This document shows positions 29,301 through 32,000 of a stretch of DNA of 32,000 nucleotides, piece after piece. Below the pieces are notes generated by a model that saw nothing but the letters and a program-made list of their open reading frames with translations, ran no database searches and was not told where the DNA came from. This DNA is from Pararobbsia alpina. Lineage in GTDB: Bacteria; Pseudomonadota; Gammaproteobacteria; Burkholderiales; Burkholderiaceae. Each line of letters starts with the position of its first letter. The first letter of the stretch is position 1. The position numbers were made by a program, and so were the translations under genes. The DNA lies in the NCBI RefSeq assembly GCF_902859895.1, contig NZ_CADIKM010000031.1:28350-60349 (forward strand), written 5' to 3'.

Positions 29301-30419
29301 CTAGATATTCCACTTGTGCGAGAGCTGCGCGAGGGATAAGCGCAGGCTGTCGATCTGCTCGAGGAGTTGAGCGGTGACCCACACATACCGTTCGACCTCG
29401 GCGGATACCGCCTCGGGCGGAGGTGGGGGTGGGTGAAGAGGCGGCAGCGGCTCGAGCCGGGTGAGCGTGCCGAACTTCAAGGCCCGTGCCATGCCGATCA
29501 GCAGTTCTCGAATGCGCCGGTCTTCGCCCGAGAGCGCCTGACGGACCCGTGCGCGGCGTACGTCGTCGATATCGCGCAGCCGGCTCGTCGAGAGCATTTC
29601 GAGCATCCCGACAATGCTGCGCAAGCCGCGCTGGACGGCTTCGAGCTCGGTGGACGGGACACTGATTTCCTTGGCGACCGAGGGCATCAGCGAGCGCAAC
29701 TGGACGAGCATCGCGCCCTGGCGCGTGAGGATCTTCTGATGCTCCTCGTCGTTGAGCGGCAGTCCGCCGACGATCCGCGCATACAGGCGCGCGCAGTCGC
29801 GCAGACTGTCGGAGAGCTTGTAGCGCCACGAGTAGGTTGCATAGAGCGGCAAGGCGAACGAGAACAGCAGGGCGATCGCGATGCCGATCAGCACATCGGC
29901 CGAACGCCACAGGCCGTCGCTGATCTCGGCATCGCCGTGACCCGCGACGATCACCAAGGTAATCGCCGAGAGCAGGGCGATATACCCGCCTTTGCCGATC
30001 GCGTAGTAGCCGCCGACCCCGCAGGCGATCGCCATCAGCAGATACGTCAGCAGCGGCAAGTGCAGCCATGCTTCAAGCAGGATCAGCGCGAGCCCGACGG
30101 AGGCCCCGATCAGCGTCCCGAGCGCACGTTCGGCGGCCTTCTTGCGGATATTGCCGTGATGCTGGAGACCGCCGATCACGACCAGCAGCGTGATCGACGC
30201 CCACTCGCCGTGAGGAAGGTGAATGCCGGTCGTCAATGCGATCGATGCAAGGATGCCGATCGCGACGCGGCTCGCATGAATCAGTTTCGCGTGCCGGTAG
30301 CGCCGATAGGGATCGGTGAACTGACGCAGCGCCTGGCGCACGAGCAAACGCAGTGGTGTCGAGAGGGAGAGCTGCATCGGCTCAATGTACGACACCCCCG
30401 CGCAAATGGGAATATCCAT
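29301..30419 (-). CDS. FUSC-family (fusaric-acid-resistance/aromatic-acid-exporter-like) integral membrane protein
   Basis: 372 aa. The N-terminal half has ~5-6 TM segments with a FUSC_2-like pattern (RVAIGILASIALTTGIHLPHGEWASITLLVVIG...ERALGTLIGASVG). The C-terminal half is a soluble helical region. GGAG lies 4 nt upstream of ATG 30419, and ATG 30377 is an alternative start. Confidence 0.75.
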   Translation of the reverse strand: MDIPICAGVSYIEPMQLSLSTPLRLLVRQALRQFTDPYRRYRHAKLIHASRVAIGILASIALTTGIHLPHGEWASITLLVVIGGLQHHGNIRKKAAERALGTLIGASVGLALILLEAWLHLPLLTYLLMAIACGVGGYYAIGKGGYIALLSAITLVIVAGHGDAEISDGLWRSADVLIGIAIALLFSFALPLYATYSWRYKLSDSLRDCARLYARIVGGLPLNDEEHQKILTRQGAMLVQLRSLMPSVAKEISVPSTELEAVQRGLRSIVGMLEMLSTSRLRDIDDVRRARVRQALSGEDRRIRELLIGMARALKFGTLTRLEPLPPLHPPPPPPEAVSAEVERYVWVTAQLLEQIDSLRLSLAQLSHKWNI

Positions 30420-30434
30420 CGGACTCCGGGTATC

Positions 30435-30528
30435 GGATCTCAGGATCTCAGGATCTCGGGATCTCAGGATCTCAGGATCTCAGGATCTCAGGATCTCAGG
30501 ATCTCAGGATCTCAGGATCTCAGGATCC
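30435..30528. repeat. Octanucleotide microsatellite (GGATCTCA)x11 plus a 6-bp partial unit
   Basis: Counted directly: 11 contiguous 8-bp units from 30435 to 30522, of which the third is GGATCTCG, then GGATCC (30523-30528). The tract is flanked by the direct repeat CGGACTCC at 30420-30427 and 30528-30535. Confidence 0.98.
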
Positions 30529-30551
30529 GGACTCCCGCGCCGGCAAGGCGT

Positions 30552-30851
30552 TCAAACGCTCCTGTTATTCCGGTCGCGCCGCTGCGCGCGCGAGACGATG
30601 CCGGCTGTGACCTTGGCGGTCTGCAATTGGTGGTTCATCAGCGTCACCGCTTTCACGGTGCGACTTTGATGGGCCTGCAGCGACCAGAACAGCGCGATAC
30701 CCCAGCCCGCGATGGTCCAGCCCAGGCATGCGTTGAACAGCGCGAGCGCGAGCGTATCCGGCCGGGAGCGCCTGTCCGCCACGATCGAGGGCAGGAAGTA
30801 GACCGATACCGCGACTGCGATTACACCGAATTCAACGATTGATTTCATCAT
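30552..30851 (-). CDS. Superinfection-immunity-family (Imm_superinfect-like) small two-TM membrane protein
   Basis: 99 aa. It shows the YFLPSIVADRR ... NACLGWTIAGWGIALFWS pattern that I recognise as the Imm_superinfect family signature. SD GGAGA lies 6 nt upstream of ATGATG. The Pfam match was not run. Confidence 0.7.
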   Translation of the reverse strand: MMKSIVEFGVIAVAVSVYFLPSIVADRRSRPDTLALALFNACLGWTIAGWGIALFWSLQAHQSRTVKAVTLMNHQLQTAKVTAGIVSRAQRRDRNNRSV

Positions 30852-30986
30852 TTCGATTCTCCGCTTTCTCCGCTAACACCGTGCCCTGGCGCCGCAGCGC
30901 CACCGGTGAAAAGCAGTGTATTCCCTAAATAACTAAGCATTAACCATAGTTTTTGGAACAGTGAGTTCCTTTTTCTGAAGCTATGG

Positions 30987-31208
30987 GTGAGCTCGCCGAG
31001 GAGTGAAGGGACTCGGGGGCTTGCCCCCGCGATTGCCGAGCACGCGCCTGAATCGTGGCTGTCGGGCATTGTGTTCGGCGAACACGGTGAAACGCCTATC
31101 CGCGACGTCTACGCAGGTGGCGATAAAGTCGTCGACAATCGACGTCATCGCGACGAAGAACAGGCCTATGCGCGGTATCGCATCGCGCTCGCCGAGCTCC
31201 TGGAATGA
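30987..31208 (+). pseudogene. 3'-terminal fragment of an amidohydrolase-superfamily gene (formimidoylglutamate-deiminase/guanine-deaminase-like C-terminus)
   Basis: Only ~60 codons are present (...WLSGIVFGEHGETPIRDVYAGGDKVVDNRRHRDEEQAYARYRIALAELLE*). They resemble the extreme C-terminus of HutF-type deaminases (V-R-D-V-x-V-x-G-x-x-V-V-x-x-G-R-H...). No upstream catalytic part exists, and AT-rich non-coding DNA precedes the fragment. Confidence 0.4.
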
Positions 31209-31237
31209 ACGGCAAAATTGCCGCGCCCCAGTCTCAT

Positions 31238-31540
31238 GACGTGAACACGCCCCAGGACAGATTGTGTCCCGGTTGACCCGAGTGCGCCGCCGCCCCAGCT
31301 TGCGTCGGAGCTCGGGTAGTTCGTCTTGCCAGTCATCCGGTTCGACACATCATTCAGGCTTTTCACCGGTGCGTGCACGGAAACCTTCGACGGATAATTC
31401 GCCCGCAGGTGCACATGGCCGTCCTCGCCGTCGAATTGCGTGAAGACCTCCGAAAATATCCCGCGCAGCTCGTTCAGCATTGCTTTGGTGAACACGCTTG
31501 GCCGATATAGGGTCACGAGGACCTAGTGAACGCGGATCGG
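31238..31540 (-). pseudogene. Degenerate IS200/IS605-family tnpA (Y1/HUH transposase) remnant
   Basis: Track ORF 31166..31516 carries the HUH motif (GHVHL) and family-like blocks (VLVTLYRPSVF, YPSKVSVHAPVKSL, SWGGG). In-frame stops lie at 31523-31525 and 31541-31543 in the N-terminal motif region. The C-terminal catalytic Tyr region is unrecognisable. Confidence 0.55.
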
Positions 31541-31685
31541 CTAGACGTCTCCTCTCCAGCGAGGTGATTCGCACGATTCGATTTTGTGTGCCGGCAACAT
31601 CAGCGTTGCCCGGCACGCCATTTCGATAACGCTGAGGTACGCGCCACAAAAATATCGCATAACTAAAAATAGACGAGAAACCACT

Positions 31686-32000
31686 ATGAGATTCACGCTG
31701 TGCGATCGGGGTGCTCGCCGGCGGCAGAAAGCACGCACGTTGACGATTGGCGTCAGCGATGATGCCGCGACGGGCCGGGTAAAAGGGACATCACGGGGAG
31801 GCGTTGGTTTGTCATCTGCCGCCGCGTTGTCGCGCATTGATCTGCTCGCCCTGCGCCCGGTTGCGTTCGCCGCGCTCTGCATGCTGGGCATGCTGCCCGT
31901 CGCGGTCGAGGCGCAAGTCGTGGCGGCGCCTTCGGGAAACAGCAAGCCGGTCGTCGGCGTGACGGCCAATGGCACGCCGCTCGTCCAGATTTCGACGCCG
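31686..32000 (+). CDS. 5' end of a two-partner-secretion exoprotein (filamentous haemagglutinin / CdiA-BcpA-like), continues beyond the window
   Basis: Not in the ORF track. My translation from ATG 31686 is MRFTLCDRGARRRQKARTLTIGVSDDAATGRVKGTSRGGVGLSSAAALSRIDLLALRPVAFAALCMLGMLPVAVEAQVVAAPSGNSKPVVGVTANGTPLVQISTP. This gives a signal peptide ending in AVEA|Q followed by the conserved start of the TPS (haemagglutination activity) domain, ANGxPxVxIxxP. The frame is open from 31545 to the window end, and the start codon is uncertain. Confidence 0.7.
   Translation, partial: MRFTLCDRGARRRQKARTLTIGVSDDAATGRVKGTSRGGVGLSSAAALSRIDLLALRPVAFAALCMLGMLPVAVEAQVVAAPSGNSKPVVGVTANGTPLVQISTP

Noticed and set aside
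30435-30528. Possible CRISPR array
   Set aside because: The units are 8 bp and directly abutting with no spacers, and no cas genes are present. It is a microsatellite, not a CRISPR array.
29367-30842. 491-aa plus-strand ORF and shorter ORFs (30353-30610 and 30385-30669) giving RISGSQDL peptide repeats
   Set aside because: They are antisense to the FUSC gene. The peptide repeat is simply the 8-bp microsatellite read in a 24-bp period. There is no start context or SD and no protein-like flanks.
30848-31069. 73-aa minus-strand ORF upstream of the Imm_superinfect-like gene
   Set aside because: It spans AT-rich non-coding DNA and the antisense of the amidohydrolase fragment. The sequence is low complexity with no SD.
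31541-31975. 144-aa minus-strand ORF
   Set aside because: It is antisense to the TPS exoprotein 5' end, which has a convincing signal peptide and TPS-domain start on the plus strand.

Overview
High-GC betaproteobacterial chromosome segment. Gene content and order look like Burkholderia sensu lato; this is inference and no database was searched. About 85% of the window is ordinary core metabolism. In order it holds prlC, folD, a FixLJ-like two-component pair, and the pyruvate dehydrogenase operon aceE-aceF-lpdA, whose E3 carries its own lipoyl domain. Next come a phasin, a PBP7-like endopeptidase, an IclR regulator, and a cystine-type ABC binding protein plus permease with no ATPase. Then pyrD, the N-degron transferases bpt and aat, a Nudix hydrolase, two identical tandem initiator tRNA-fMet genes, three small lipoprotein/membrane genes, and a complete sulfonate-sulfur operon ssuEADCBF. 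Only the last ~2.7 kb (29.3-32.0 kb) looks accessory. It contains a FUSC-family membrane protein whose 5' region carries an (GGATCTCA)x11 octanucleotide microsatellite, and a superinfection-immunity-family small membrane protein. It also has a 3' fragment of an amidohydrolase gene, a degenerate IS200/IS605 tnpA, and the 5' end of a two-partner-secretion (CdiA/FhaB-like) exoprotein. That exoprotein ORF runs off the window and is missing from the supplied ORF track. I do not see a clearly novel multi-gene system. The best follow-up targets are the microsatellite contingency-type locus, the TPS/CDI locus edge with its gene remnants, and an unusually long AT-rich intergenic region next to the phasin gene that carries repeated operator-like boxes. 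Many long ORFs in the track are antisense shadow ORFs typical of high-GC DNA and were rejected.
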